Shown in pieces: positions 8,988-17,266 of a DNA stretch of 24,643 bases (position 1 is its first letter; each line of letters starts with the position of its first letter). Both the position numbers and the translations under genes were made by a program. Location of the stretch: positions 1-24,643 of IMG/VR virus record IMGVR_UViG_2778261316_000001; one strand, written 5' to 3'. The notes beneath the pieces were generated by a model. The model searched no databases. It was given only the letters and a program-made list of their open reading frames with translations, and was not told where the DNA came from. The DNA is from a virus. Its lineage: Duplodnaviria > Heunggongvirae > Uroviricota > Caudoviricetes.

Positions 8988-10007
8988 ATGAAAAGCATAT
9001 TAATTGAAAAACCGAATCAACTGGCGATTGTCGAACGTGAAATACCCACCCCGTCAGCGGGTGAAGTACGAGTAAAAGTGAAACTTGCCGGAATTTGTGG
9101 TTCAGATAGCCATATTTATCGTGGGCATAATCCTTTTGCGAAATATCCGCGCGTCATTGGTCATGAATTCTTTGGCGTCATTGATGCAGTGGGTGAAGGC
9201 GTGGAAAGCGCCAGAGTCGGTGAACGTGTTGCTGTCGATCCGGTGGTCAGCTGTGGGCATTGCTATCCGTGCTCTATAGGTAAACCGAACGTTTGTACGA
9301 CACTGGCTGTATTAGGTGTGCACGCTGACGGTGGTTTCAGTGAATATGCCGTGGTTCCGGCAAAAAATGCGTGGAAAATTCCTGAAGCAGTGGCCGATCA
9401 ATATGCGGTAATGATCGAACCTTTTACCATTGCGGCTAACGTAACCGGACATGGTCAACCGACTGAAAATGATACCGTTCTGGTTTATGGTGCCGGTCCA
9501 ATCGGCCTGACGATCGTTCAGGTATTAAAAGGCGTCTATAACGTTAAAAATGTGATTGTTGCCGATCGCATTGATGAACGACTGGAAAAAGCGAAAGAGA
9601 GCGGGGCTGACTGGGCGATTAATAACAGCCAGACACCGCTTGGCGAGATTTTCACTGAAAAAGGCATCAAGCCGACATTAATTATCGATGCGGCTTGTCA
9701 TCCTTCTATCCTGAAAGAGGCCGTAACGCTGGCTTCTCCAACGGCACGTATTGTATTGATGGGGTTCTCCAGTGAACCGTCTGAAGTGATTCAGCAAGGA
9801 ATTACCGGAAAAGAACTCTCTATTTTCTCTTCACGCTTAAATGCAAATAAATTCCCGATCGTTATCGACTGGTTAAGTAAAGGGTTAATTAAACCAGAAA
9901 AATTAATTACCCATACGTTTGATTTCCAGCATGTTGCTGATGCCATTAGTTTATTTGAACAGGATCAAAAACATTGCTGCAAAGTCTTACTCACTTTTTC
10001 TGAATAA
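8988..10007 (+). CDS. rspB: RspB, Zn-dependent alcohol dehydrogenase-like starvation-sensing protein, 339 aa
   Basis: MKSILIEKPNQL...; GHEFFG zinc-ADH motif and GAGPIG Rossmann motif; overlaps the rspA stop. Confidence 0.9.
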   Translation: MKSILIEKPNQLAIVEREIPTPSAGEVRVKVKLAGICGSDSHIYRGHNPFAKYPRVIGHEFFGVIDAVGEGVESARVGERVAVDPVVSCGHCYPCSIGKPNVCTTLAVLGVHADGGFSEYAVVPAKNAWKIPEAVADQYAVMIEPFTIAANVTGHGQPTENDTVLVYGAGPIGLTIVQVLKGVYNVKNVIVADRIDERLEKAKESGADWAINNSQTPLGEIFTEKGIKPTLIIDAACHPSILKEAVTLASPTARIVLMGFSSEPSEVIQQGITGKELSIFSSRLNANKFPIVIDWLSKGLIKPEKLITHTFDFQHVADAISLFEQDQKHCCKVLLTFSE

Positions 10008-10064
10008 TACCAATAACGGCGAGTAAGTAGTACGCATCTTACCTCTTTTTTAGAGATAACCATT

Positions 10065-10175
10065 ATGACAATAGAAAAACACGAAAGAAGCACTAAGGAT
10101 TTGGTGAAAGCAGCAGTATCGGGATGGCTGGGCACTGCGCTTGAATTTATGGATTTCAAGAGTCATACGTGTTAA
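10065..10175 (+). pseudogene. ydfJ: 5' fragment of ydfJ (MFS transporter) interrupted by prophage insertion
   Basis: Track-consistent reading gives MTIEKHERSTKDLVKAAVSGWLGTALEFMDF then an early stop; the rest of the transporter is absent and an integrase gene follows. Coordinates +/-1 nt because of a local text/track mismatch. Confidence 0.6.
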
Positions 10176-10194
10176 CTATTTGATAAATATTAAA

Positions 10195-11475
10195 TTAATT
10201 TTTCATTGCTTCGTTATGGGGCATGGTTGGGGCAAACTCGCTTAACTGTGTATTTAACAAAGCTACCTGTGCATTATTGTTTTCAGACATCCATTTTCCG
10301 TATACCTGAAATACCATTTGCGCATCTGCATGGCCCATCTGGTTTGCTATAAATGCCGGGTTAGCACCAGCTGTCAGCGACCAGCAGGCATAAGTATGTC
10401 TCGACTGATATGATTTTCGATGGCGGAGTCCGGCACGTTTTATCGCTGCGTCCCACATCTGCCTTATTGAGTCAACGGTAAAATGGTCACCATAATTTTT
10501 TACTCTCGCTGACACTTCAGGTTGAAAAACAAAGGTGCATTTTTGTTTTTCTGTTCTGCCATACTCTCTGAGGTGAACATCAATGATATGCTCTTTGCTC
10601 AGTCTCGTTAATGTCATCTGACTCCGGAGAGCGTCGATTGCTGGCTTAATAAGATGAATGACCCGATTGGTTCCCGCCTGTGTTTTTGGTACCGTGAAAC
10701 GGTCTTTTGCTAAATTTCTCCTGATCATCATTGTTCCATTTTTCAGATCTATGTCCTCCCATCCAAGTGCACACAGCTCACCAGGGCGAACGCCAGTATA
10801 AACAGAAACACACCATAAATTTTTGGCTTGCTGATTTCTGCACGCATCGATAAGACGGATGAATTCCTCCCGCGAAAGAGGATCCGGAATGGTTCTTGAT
10901 TCCTTTAATGGCGAGATCCCCTTAAACGGGTTATCTGCCAAGTAACCGTTATCAACACCAAACTGGAACACGGCGTTAAGATTTGTCATGTAATTATTTA
11001 CAGTTACAGCCGATCTCCCTGGTTGTGTAACAATATAGTTACTTTTGGGGATCTGGTATCCAGTCAGTAGCTCTTTACGAACCTCCAGTAATTTTTCTTT
11101 ATTAATCGATGAGGCAAGATTTTTTTCACCGATTATGCTCAGGATATTTTTGATGACGGCACGGTATGTGTTGAGTGATGTTTTTGCGACTTCAGTTTCT
11201 TTCAGTGCCAGAAATTTTTCAGCCAGTTCTTTTATGGTTAAATCTTGTCGGGCCTCACCAAATTTTTCCAGATTGCGTGAGGAGGGAAACTGTTTTGCAT
11301 AGTCGAAAACACCAGTTTTTATTGCGTAACAAACAGAGGCGCGTAGTTCACCTGCAACGCGCCTGTTTTTTGCTGTGTCAGGAACCCCCAGATTTTCCCT
11401 GACTCTTACGCCTTTATAAACAAACCAGATACGTAATTTCCCTCCATGGTTTTCCACGCCTGTCGGATATTTCAT
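10195..11475 (-). CDS. int: Phage tyrosine integrase (lambda/Rac IntR-like), about 426 aa
   Basis: N-terminus MKYPTGVENHGGKLRIWFVYKGVRVRE resembles IntR-type integrases; C-terminal catalytic region with HxxR and terminal Tyr context (SYQSRHTYACW...HADAQMVFQVYGKW); adjacent to the ydfJ junction. Confidence 0.85.
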   Translation of the reverse strand: MKYPTGVENHGGKLRIWFVYKGVRVRENLGVPDTAKNRRVAGELRASVCYAIKTGVFDYAKQFPSSRNLEKFGEARQDLTIKELAEKFLALKETEVAKTSLNTYRAVIKNILSIIGEKNLASSINKEKLLEVRKELLTGYQIPKSNYIVTQPGRSAVTVNNYMTNLNAVFQFGVDNGYLADNPFKGISPLKESRTIPDPLSREEFIRLIDACRNQQAKNLWCVSVYTGVRPGELCALGWEDIDLKNGTMMIRRNLAKDRFTVPKTQAGTNRVIHLIKPAIDALRSQMTLTRLSKEHIIDVHLREYGRTEKQKCTFVFQPEVSARVKNYGDHFTVDSIRQMWDAAIKRAGLRHRKSYQSRHTYACWSLTAGANPAFIANQMGHADAQMVFQVYGKWMSENNNAQVALLNTQLSEFAPTMPHNEAMKN

Positions 11476-11509
11476 TTCAACTTCTCTCATTAGTTAGTGT
11501 GGCTTTTAG

Positions 11510-11761
11510 TCAAGTAAGATGACGTCTTGGTCTCGCTGATGCCTGGCGCTCAATCCAGCGATCAATTTCTTCCAGGTTGTAAAAGCATGGGCTGTTATCC
11601 CATGGCATACCGTCATGAGCGACATGCTTATATTCCCTTCCTTCCATAAACGATTTTTCCCGGGCCTTTTTTAACGTACCTTTTTTTATTCCTTTCAGCG
11701 CAATTAACTGCTCTTCGGATACCCATTTGCCGGGAGAGACAATCATGATTACTTCGCTCAT
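11510..11761 (-). CDS. xis: Putative excisionase (YdaQ/Xis-like), 83 aa
   Basis: Small basic protein immediately upstream of int on the same strand; resembles recalled Rac YdaQ. Confidence 0.6.
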   Translation of the reverse strand: MSEVIMIVSPGKWVSEEQLIALKGIKKGTLKKAREKSFMEGREYKHVAHDGMPWDNSPCFYNLEEIDRWIERQASARPRRHLT

Positions 11762-11833
11762 CGATTTCTTTATCTCTTACATTAGACGAGCGCCGGTTGC
11801 AGAATACCAGTCACAACCGGCGACAGTTGAACA

Positions 11834-14305
11834 TTAAGAATCAGCCTGACTCGGGATCAGTTTTTGCCAGATAACTGAAACGTATTTTGCCTGGTAACGG
11901 GCGTCATCAAGTGCATTATGGCGCTCACCTTCGAATGGAATAGCCGTTCTGGCATCGAAGTCTATGGCTTTCCCCAGCTCAACGATTGTGCGTACATCGC
12001 GATCGTTGTAGTAACGCCACGGGCAGGGGATCCCCTGCCGTTCGTATGAACGGCGCAAAATCGTGTTGTCGAAGTTGGCTCCATTTCCCCAAACCTGAAC
12101 AAAAAATTCACCGGAGTTTTCGTCGATAAATTCCCGCAATTGTAACAGTGCATCATCTAACGGGATTTCATCGGTCATAATGGCAGATTGCGCTTCGCGT
12201 GATTGCTTAAGCCACCATTTAATGGTGTCCCGATCAATGACTCCGCCAGCAGTTTCCAGATCGATAGTCTTACTAAATTCCGGTCCCATATCTCCGGTTT
12301 GCGGATCGAAAAATATTGCACCTATTGAGATGATCGGGGCATCAGGATTTTTTCCCATGGTTTCAAGGTCGATCATTAGATGGTCACACGTCCTGCTGGT
12401 GGATGTGATTTCGTGATGACCGTTCACCTTAATTGAGTGATCTGCCGTCTCGCCAGTTTCATTATCGCTATTGTGATGCTGATTGCCGCCAGTGTTCTCC
12501 TTGTGTGGATGTTCAGCGCCTTCCATTTCCTCCAGATCATCTTCCTGAACTTCAACCTGATACTCTTCATCGAATGTTTCCTGGTATGTTGCGTCGCCCA
12601 TCACCGCGCCACAATCAGGGCAGTTGCCGCCGCCGGTCTGACCGCAGGCGGTGCAGACTTTTTCCACTTCCAGTTGCGCCACTGGTTCAGGCTGTTTCGT
12701 TTCTGGCTCGTTTTGTAACGCATTTGTGCTGTTTTGTTCCGCTTTTTGGTAGTTCCGTTCCGATTCATGCTGGTTCTGGTTCACAGAATCGCGGGTCTGG
12801 ATCCCCTTAACCCATTTCGGATCATTCGGGTCACTAATCCCTTCAACAAATTCACCACGTGATGCAGCAAGCAACTTATCGGCGTCAGGCTGGCTGATAT
12901 TGGCTGCCTGCATAATTTTGTTTACTTCGTCAGCGGTAACTTTTATCGGCTCTGGTTGTTCTGAATCTTCAGCGGTATCTACATTTTGCGGTAAGCCCGT
13001 GTATGTGCCATTTTTTCGGGCAAAATATTCTTCTTTTGTGATTTCAGTGGCGCCAGCAGCCAGTGCCTTATCCAGACCAGAAAGTTTGTTTGCGCGACCG
13101 TATTTTTCTCCGTCCTTATCTGCGAAGAGGAAATAGAACGGCCCCTCACGCTCTACAGATGGTTCAGCTTCCGGCGCGGTTTCATTTTTTGGGATATCAG
13201 ATACCTCAGTTTCCACTGCATCAGTTTGTGTTTCTGATGACTGGAGAACATCAACAGTGCCCAGGTCTGTTTCTTCATTCTCAAACACGCCCTTTGTCGT
13301 CAGGTATTCGCAGATATATTTGTTCAGTGCTATGGGATCTTTGTGAATGTCGATCGGACGCTCACGGACAAGGCCAAAAATAGTCTGGCGGTCGTAGCGA
13401 AGGGCATCAGGCTGTTTGCGCATTGATGCCGAGATACGCTTCCAGTCTTCGCGGTCGTTGTCGATAACTTCTTTTTTTGCCCAGCGATGGATGCTGCCGT
13501 CAATGTTTCCGGCATCCACATCACCAGGCCAGAGAGCGTAGGCCAGTTCGTCATCCAGTGTTTTCCATGTCTGCTTGTATTCGCGATGAATGGCAGCAAT
13601 GACCGGGCTGATTTTTCCTGTTGAATTTTCAGTGTACTGTTGATTGGTTCTGGCGCGGGCGAGATCAACAACAGACGTGTATTTTCCGGTTTCCTTGCGT
13701 TCACCTTCGCGACGTTTTTTCCAGATGCGCATCTCTGCCTGAATTTCGGGCCATTTAGCACCAGGAATACATTTATGCTTAACCCACCCAATGGCGTGCA
13801 ACTTAAGCTCCGGATACATGGCGTTAACTTCTGGCATTTTCATCAACGCTTCAACGATATGTCCGTCGAATGTTGCCATGTCTTCCTGCAACAATTCCTG
13901 TGCGCTAATAACCATATCAACGGTGATGTTTTCACATGTGTCGAACTTAACCATGACAGCGTTCTGTACTTCAGGGGCCAGCTTGTCAAAAGTGACGTTC
14001 ATCGGATCGGATTCAGTCTCAACCGGGACAAAAGAAGCAGACTCCTCATCCCAGCGGTTTTCCTGCATATATTCAGCATCCCATGAATCGAGGGCAGGGC
14101 GGGGTATGCCAGGTTTATCCTCGCAGACAATAAATTTATAAGCGCAGTCCTGAGCAGCCGGATAATGTTCCAGGAACTGCCAGTGAAATTTTGCTCGAGC
14201 ACGGCGTTCGTCGCCAGCTTCAATGGCTGTGGCTACAGCCACAGCGCCTTCTTCCCTTGTTGCCAGTTCGTCAGGAATAGCGGCGCAAATAAAGACTTTA
14301 CTCAT
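11834..14305 (-). CDS. RecE-like exonuclease VIII family protein with C-terminal DnaQ-like (DEDDh) 3'-5' exonuclease domain and internal Cys4 zinc ribbon, 823 aa
   Basis: Middle segment DADKLLAASRGEFVEGISDPNDPKWVKGIQTRD matches a recalled RecE segment; C-terminus has MIDLETMG, WGNGANFDN and HNALDDARY (Exo I/II/III motifs); CTACGQTGGGNCPDCG zinc ribbon. Confidence 0.7.
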   Translation of the reverse strand: MSKVFICAAIPDELATREEGAVAVATAIEAGDERRARAKFHWQFLEHYPAAQDCAYKFIVCEDKPGIPRPALDSWDAEYMQENRWDEESASFVPVETESDPMNVTFDKLAPEVQNAVMVKFDTCENITVDMVISAQELLQEDMATFDGHIVEALMKMPEVNAMYPELKLHAIGWVKHKCIPGAKWPEIQAEMRIWKKRREGERKETGKYTSVVDLARARTNQQYTENSTGKISPVIAAIHREYKQTWKTLDDELAYALWPGDVDAGNIDGSIHRWAKKEVIDNDREDWKRISASMRKQPDALRYDRQTIFGLVRERPIDIHKDPIALNKYICEYLTTKGVFENEETDLGTVDVLQSSETQTDAVETEVSDIPKNETAPEAEPSVEREGPFYFLFADKDGEKYGRANKLSGLDKALAAGATEITKEEYFARKNGTYTGLPQNVDTAEDSEQPEPIKVTADEVNKIMQAANISQPDADKLLAASRGEFVEGISDPNDPKWVKGIQTRDSVNQNQHESERNYQKAEQNSTNALQNEPETKQPEPVAQLEVEKVCTACGQTGGGNCPDCGAVMGDATYQETFDEEYQVEVQEDDLEEMEGAEHPHKENTGGNQHHNSDNETGETADHSIKVNGHHEITSTSRTCDHLMIDLETMGKNPDAPIISIGAIFFDPQTGDMGPEFSKTIDLETAGGVIDRDTIKWWLKQSREAQSAIMTDEIPLDDALLQLREFIDENSGEFFVQVWGNGANFDNTILRRSYERQGIPCPWRYYNDRDVRTIVELGKAIDFDARTAIPFEGERHNALDDARYQAKYVSVIWQKLIPSQADS

Positions 14306-14398
14306 TTTGTTTTAACCTCATGACAGATTTAAGGATGAACAAATCCCTGCCATTGCTGGCATATAAGAATGAAACCGGATATTTATTACGGAACTGTT

Positions 14399-14590
14399 TT
14401 AAAGACCTGCCGGGATTTCGATATTATCCTGGTGAATAACTTTATCGACCGGGTAACAGTTACCGGGAATTTTCTGTTCGGTTGCTGCAGTCATACACTC
14501 CTGCATTGTCCTGTGCACACTGACTGCAATATCAACTGGCTCTCCGGAAACAAGAAAAACTGTCAGAACAAGCACAAATGCTGAATTCAT
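14399..14590 (-). CDS. ydfD: YdfD-like small prophage protein, 63 aa
   Basis: MNSAFVLVLTVFLVSGEPVDIAVSV... one hydrophobic helix; start overlaps the dicB stop (ATGA); position after dicB as in Qin. Confidence 0.7.
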   Translation of the reverse strand: MNSAFVLVLTVFLVSGEPVDIAVSVHRTMQECMTAATEQKIPGNCYPVDKVIHQDNIEIPAGL

Positions 14591-14775
14591 TGTGCACATC
14601 CTTTTGGCATCAGACGTAAACGAGCCAGCATTGAAACAATGCATATTTTATTTAATAGCTCCCGTTCTTGTTTTCTCTTGTTAATGGCATCTTCAGTAAA
14701 TACTGGGTTACTGATAGTGACACCAATTTCAAAACAACCTTCAGACGTATTAACGTTTGGTAATAACGTTTTCAT
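14587..14775 (-). CDS. dicB: Cell-division inhibitor DicB, 62 aa
   Basis: MKTLLPNVNTSEGCFEIGVTISNPVFTEDAINKRKQERELLNKICIVSMLARLRLMPKGCAQ matches recalled DicB; lies just downstream of dicF on the same strand. Confidence 0.85.
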   Translation of the reverse strand: MKTLLPNVNTSEGCFEIGVTISNPVFTEDAINKRKQERELLNKICIVSMLARLRLMPKGCAQ

Positions 14776-14949
14776 TATCGCGTCCTCAACAATGAATTTT
14801 GTGATGCAGTGCCTGGTGCCTCCAGGTGACGTTAACCAGTTAACAATTAACGCCGGATACAGAGAATCCACCCATAACACTGTTTTTGGTTTTAACTGTT
14901 CCGCGTGCGCTCAGCCGCATTCACCACATCACAAAATTCACTTTAAAAA

Positions 14950-15002
14950 GGGCGGCAGAGCAGTCACGGAGTAAAACTGATACCGCCAAACGTCACCAGA
15001 AA
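14950..15002 (-). ncRNA. dicF: DicF small RNA (53 nt) with intrinsic terminator
   Basis: Reverse complement reads TTTCTGGTGACGTTTGGCGGTATCAGTTTTACTCCGTGACTGCTCTGCCGCCC followed by TTTTT, identical to the recalled K-12 DicF sequence. Confidence 0.9.
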
Positions 15003-15342
15003 ATTGATAACAGAGGGCGTTGCAGCGGGGTTGTCACTTAAGCGTATGGTCAACCTGACAACCCGGTGTCCTCAACGGGGAAGGAATAACCCCGCCATAC
15101 TTACCGCCGCGCCATTTCGCGGGTTGCCACAACCGGAAGCGCACGGTCGACGAAAATTTAACGACAGGCTATCTATGAACCAGCTACCTCGCCGTGCGCT
15201 TTCGCGTTATGGTCTGACTTTTCAGGGAAATATCCTTTCAGTAAACTGTCAGTGCCGGATGCTCACCCGTGTCCGGCGCACGCACTCCACCTCACCCGTG
15301 GAGAACTCCTTAATTACTAACCTTAGCTTTGTTGATTAGCTA

Positions 15343-15561
15343 CTAACGCGGGTATGTAATCATTCTGGCAATGCTTAATGCCGCTGCTTTTTCCAGATTG
15401 GTGATATCCTGCTCCAGAGCGGACAGATTTTCAGCCTGCTTAGCCCTGGTTTCATTGGCCCATTTCAAATCCTGCGCTGCATTAATTTTCTGGCGCATCC
15501 ACTCATAAAGTTCATCATCGGTATAGTCTGGCGCGATGATGACGGGTTCTCGTTTCTGCAT
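15343..15561 (-). CDS. ydfC: YdfC-like prophage protein, 72 aa
   Basis: Size and position (between ydfB and dicF) match the Qin dicB operon; sequence MQKREPVIIAPDYTDDELYEWMRQ... resembles recalled YdfC. Confidence 0.7.
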   Translation of the reverse strand: MQKREPVIIAPDYTDDELYEWMRQKINAAQDLKWANETRAKQAENLSALEQDITNLEKAAALSIARMITYPR

Positions 15562-15590
15562 ACTGATTCCTCGCGGTGCTGTTTCGCTTA

Positions 15591-15719
15591 TCAGCCGTTA
15601 GATTTTGCCGAACTGGAAAGCGCCTGTTTAAATTCGTTGAAGCTGAGAGCTTCTTCGCCGTCGGCAAGACCTTCCAAGTATTCTTCGTAAGCCTTTTCCA
15701 TGATTGTGTCGAAATCCAT
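15591..15719 (-). CDS. ydfB: YdfB-like prophage protein, 42 aa (MDFDTIMEKAYEEYLEGLADGEEALSFNEFKQALSSSAKSNG)
   Basis: Found by manual translation (below track cutoff); start is 2 nt after the ydfA stop; size matches K-12 YdfB. Confidence 0.6.
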   Translation of the reverse strand: MDFDTIMEKAYEEYLEGLADGEEALSFNEFKQALSSSAKSNG

Positions 15720-15720
15720 A

Positions 15721-15876
15721 TCACTCACCTGGGTTTCTTTCCAGCCAGCGACGGGCACCATTTTCGGTTTTAAACGTTTTGCTTTTGGTATACGTCATCG
15801 CGGTGAACGTACCGTCCTGGTTGGGGAACACGCCACATACCAGAGATTCGCTGTTGCCAAGATCGATAGTATCCAT
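15721..15876 (-). CDS. ydfA: YdfA-like prophage protein (DUF1391), 51 aa
   Basis: MDTIDLGNSESLVCGVFPNQDGTFTAMTYTKSKTFKTENGARRWLERNPGE; first gene downstream of the dicB-operon promoter. Confidence 0.7.
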   Translation of the reverse strand: MDTIDLGNSESLVCGVFPNQDGTFTAMTYTKSKTFKTENGARRWLERNPGE

Positions 15877-15990
15877 GCTGACCTCATTTCCCCTTAACGC
15901 CGGGGTAGCGGAACTGTTTGCTGAGAACACCGTGCGGTGTCTTGATGGAAAATAATTTAGAATAACCTAACATGAGAGGCAAGTGTTTTT

Positions 15991-16008
15991 TGTTAGATTG
16001 ATCTAACA
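15991..16008. promoter_or_regulatory. Palindrome TGTTAGA-TTGA-TCTAACA in the dicB-operon promoter region (candidate DicA operator)
   Basis: Perfect 7-bp inverted repeat between the dicA 3' end and the ydfA start; the same half-sites recur at 16502-16519. Confidence 0.5.
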
Positions 16009-16044
16009 AAAAGGGTGGGCGCAACTAATCACTTGAAAAGAATG

Positions 16045-16452
16045 TTATTTTATTGATTTATTTTTACGCGCTTTAAGCATTTCTTCGAAGAGTTTGTTGA
16101 AGTTTTCTACTCTTGCGCGCATTTCAGACAGCAAGGCTTCCTGCTCGGAAGATGGAAGAGCATCGAATAATTCGATCAATTCTTTGTGGTTGGGAGTTAG
16201 CTCTGTTTCCACATGAAGTTCTTGTGCAGGCACTGGTGCCTTGTCTTCGTCACCAAACATTAGCCATGTAGGTGAGCACTTCAGAGCATCCGCTAAAGCA
16301 AACAATCGTTTTCCGACTGGCTGGGTTTCGTCTCTTTCCCATTGTGAAATTGTGACGTGAGCAACTCCAGCGAGGCGCGCGGCTTCTCGTTGTGTTAAGC
16401 GTAATTCTTTTCGTCGCGCCAGAACTCGCTGGCCCAGGGTTCTTGTATCCAT
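16045..16452 (-). CDS. dicA: DicA, HTH-XRE repressor (cI-like), 135 aa
   Basis: N-terminal HTH (LRLTQREAARLAGVAHVTISQWERDE); C-terminal part (FALADALKCSPTWLMFGDEDK...EMRARVENFNKLFEEMLKARK) matches recalled DicA; divergent from dicC. Confidence 0.85.
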   Translation of the reverse strand: MDTRTLGQRVLARRKELRLTQREAARLAGVAHVTISQWERDETQPVGKRLFALADALKCSPTWLMFGDEDKAPVPAQELHVETELTPNHKELIELFDALPSSEQEALLSEMRARVENFNKLFEEMLKARKNKSIK

Positions 16453-16501
16453 AGTTAGGTAATTCTAATTTTTCTTGACTTAGGTATCCCGCGCACAATA
16501 A

Positions 16502-16519
16502 TGTTAGAAAAGTCTAACA
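16502..16519. promoter_or_regulatory. Palindrome TGTTAGA-AAAG-TCTAACA in the dicA-dicC intergenic region (candidate operator)
   Basis: Perfect inverted repeat just upstream of the dicC RBS (GAGGGGGG) and about 50 bp from the dicA start; a TTGACT -35-like hexamer lies upstream. Confidence 0.5.
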
Positions 16520-16533
16520 AGAGGGGGGCTTTG

Positions 16534-16761
16534 ATGCTTAAAGTTGACGCAATTACTTTTTTTGGCAGCAAAACAAAGCTTGCCAATGCCGCAGGAGTGA
16601 GGCTGGCAAGTGTTGCTGCTTGGGGGATACTGGTTCCTGAAGGTCGCGCGATGCGTCTACAGGAGGCATCTGGCGGGGAGCTTCAGTATGATCCCAAAGT
16701 TTATGATGAATATCGTAAGACGAAGCGGGCGGGGCGGTTGAACAATGAAAATCACTCCTGA
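16534..16761 (+). CDS. dicC: DicC, Cro-like regulator, 75 aa
   Basis: MLKVDAITFFGSKTKLANAAGVRLASVAAW...; start at internal Met after the RBS (the track start at 16501 would include the operator). Confidence 0.8.
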   Translation: MLKVDAITFFGSKTKLANAAGVRLASVAAWGILVPEGRAMRLQEASGGELQYDPKVYDEYRKTKRAGRLNNENHS

Positions 16762-17266
16762 ACAGGCTCGTGAGGCTCTGGATGCCTGGATATGTCGACC
16801 AGGAATGACACAGGAGCAGGCGACGATATTAATCACTGAAGCATTCTGGGCTTTGAAAGAGCGCCCGAACATCGATGTTCAGCGTGTCACAGATGAAGGT
16901 GGCGCGGTTGATCAGCGAGCGCTTGGTGTTAATCGAGTGAAGATATTCGAACGCTGGAAGGCTATCGACACCAGGGATAAGCGTGAAAAGTTCACGGCGC
17001 TAGTGCCTGCGATTATGGAGGCTATCCGGATTAGTGATTTCAGGTTGTATCGTGAAATTACTGACGGAAAAAGCATCACGTGCATGATCGCCGGGTTAAA
17101 CAAAGAATATGGCGATGTGGTGGAGTCCGGACTGCTTTTTGCTGATCCTGCCGTAGTGGATCGTGAAACTGACGAACTTATAGAAAAAGCAATTGCTTTC
17201 AAGCTTGCGTATCGACAGCAATACCAACAAAAAGCTGGATGGAATTATGAGCCTTCTTTTTGCTGA
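16745..17266 (+). CDS. Hypothetical prophage protein, 173 aa, in the cII/YdaT position
   Basis: ORF overlapping the dicC end and the replication gene start; no motif recognised. Confidence 0.5.
   Translation: MKITPEQAREALDAWICRPGMTQEQATILITEAFWALKERPNIDVQRVTDEGGAVDQRALGVNRVKIFERWKAIDTRDKREKFTALVPAIMEAIRISDFRLYREITDGKSITCMIAGLNKEYGDVVESGLLFADPAVVDRETDELIEKAIAFKLAYRQQYQQKAGWNYEPSFC

Noticed and set aside
10140-10206. Apparent extra C giving an immediate stop in ydfJ (…GTAP*) and a different integrase C-terminus
   Set aside because: The printed sequence and the supplied ORF track disagree by 1 nt here (track start/stop codons fall one base off), so I treat it as a local text/coordinate ambiguity rather than a biological frameshift.
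12433-14141. Several 90-150-aa plus-strand ORFs inside the exonuclease gene
   Set aside because: All lie antisense within a long, well-supported minus-strand CDS and lack ribosome-binding sites.
15004-15339. 111-aa plus-strand ORF covering the dicF-ydfC spacer
   Set aside because: It is antisense to the dicB operon transcript, overlaps the DicF precursor and hairpins, has no RBS and is Arg-rich; most likely a chance ORF.
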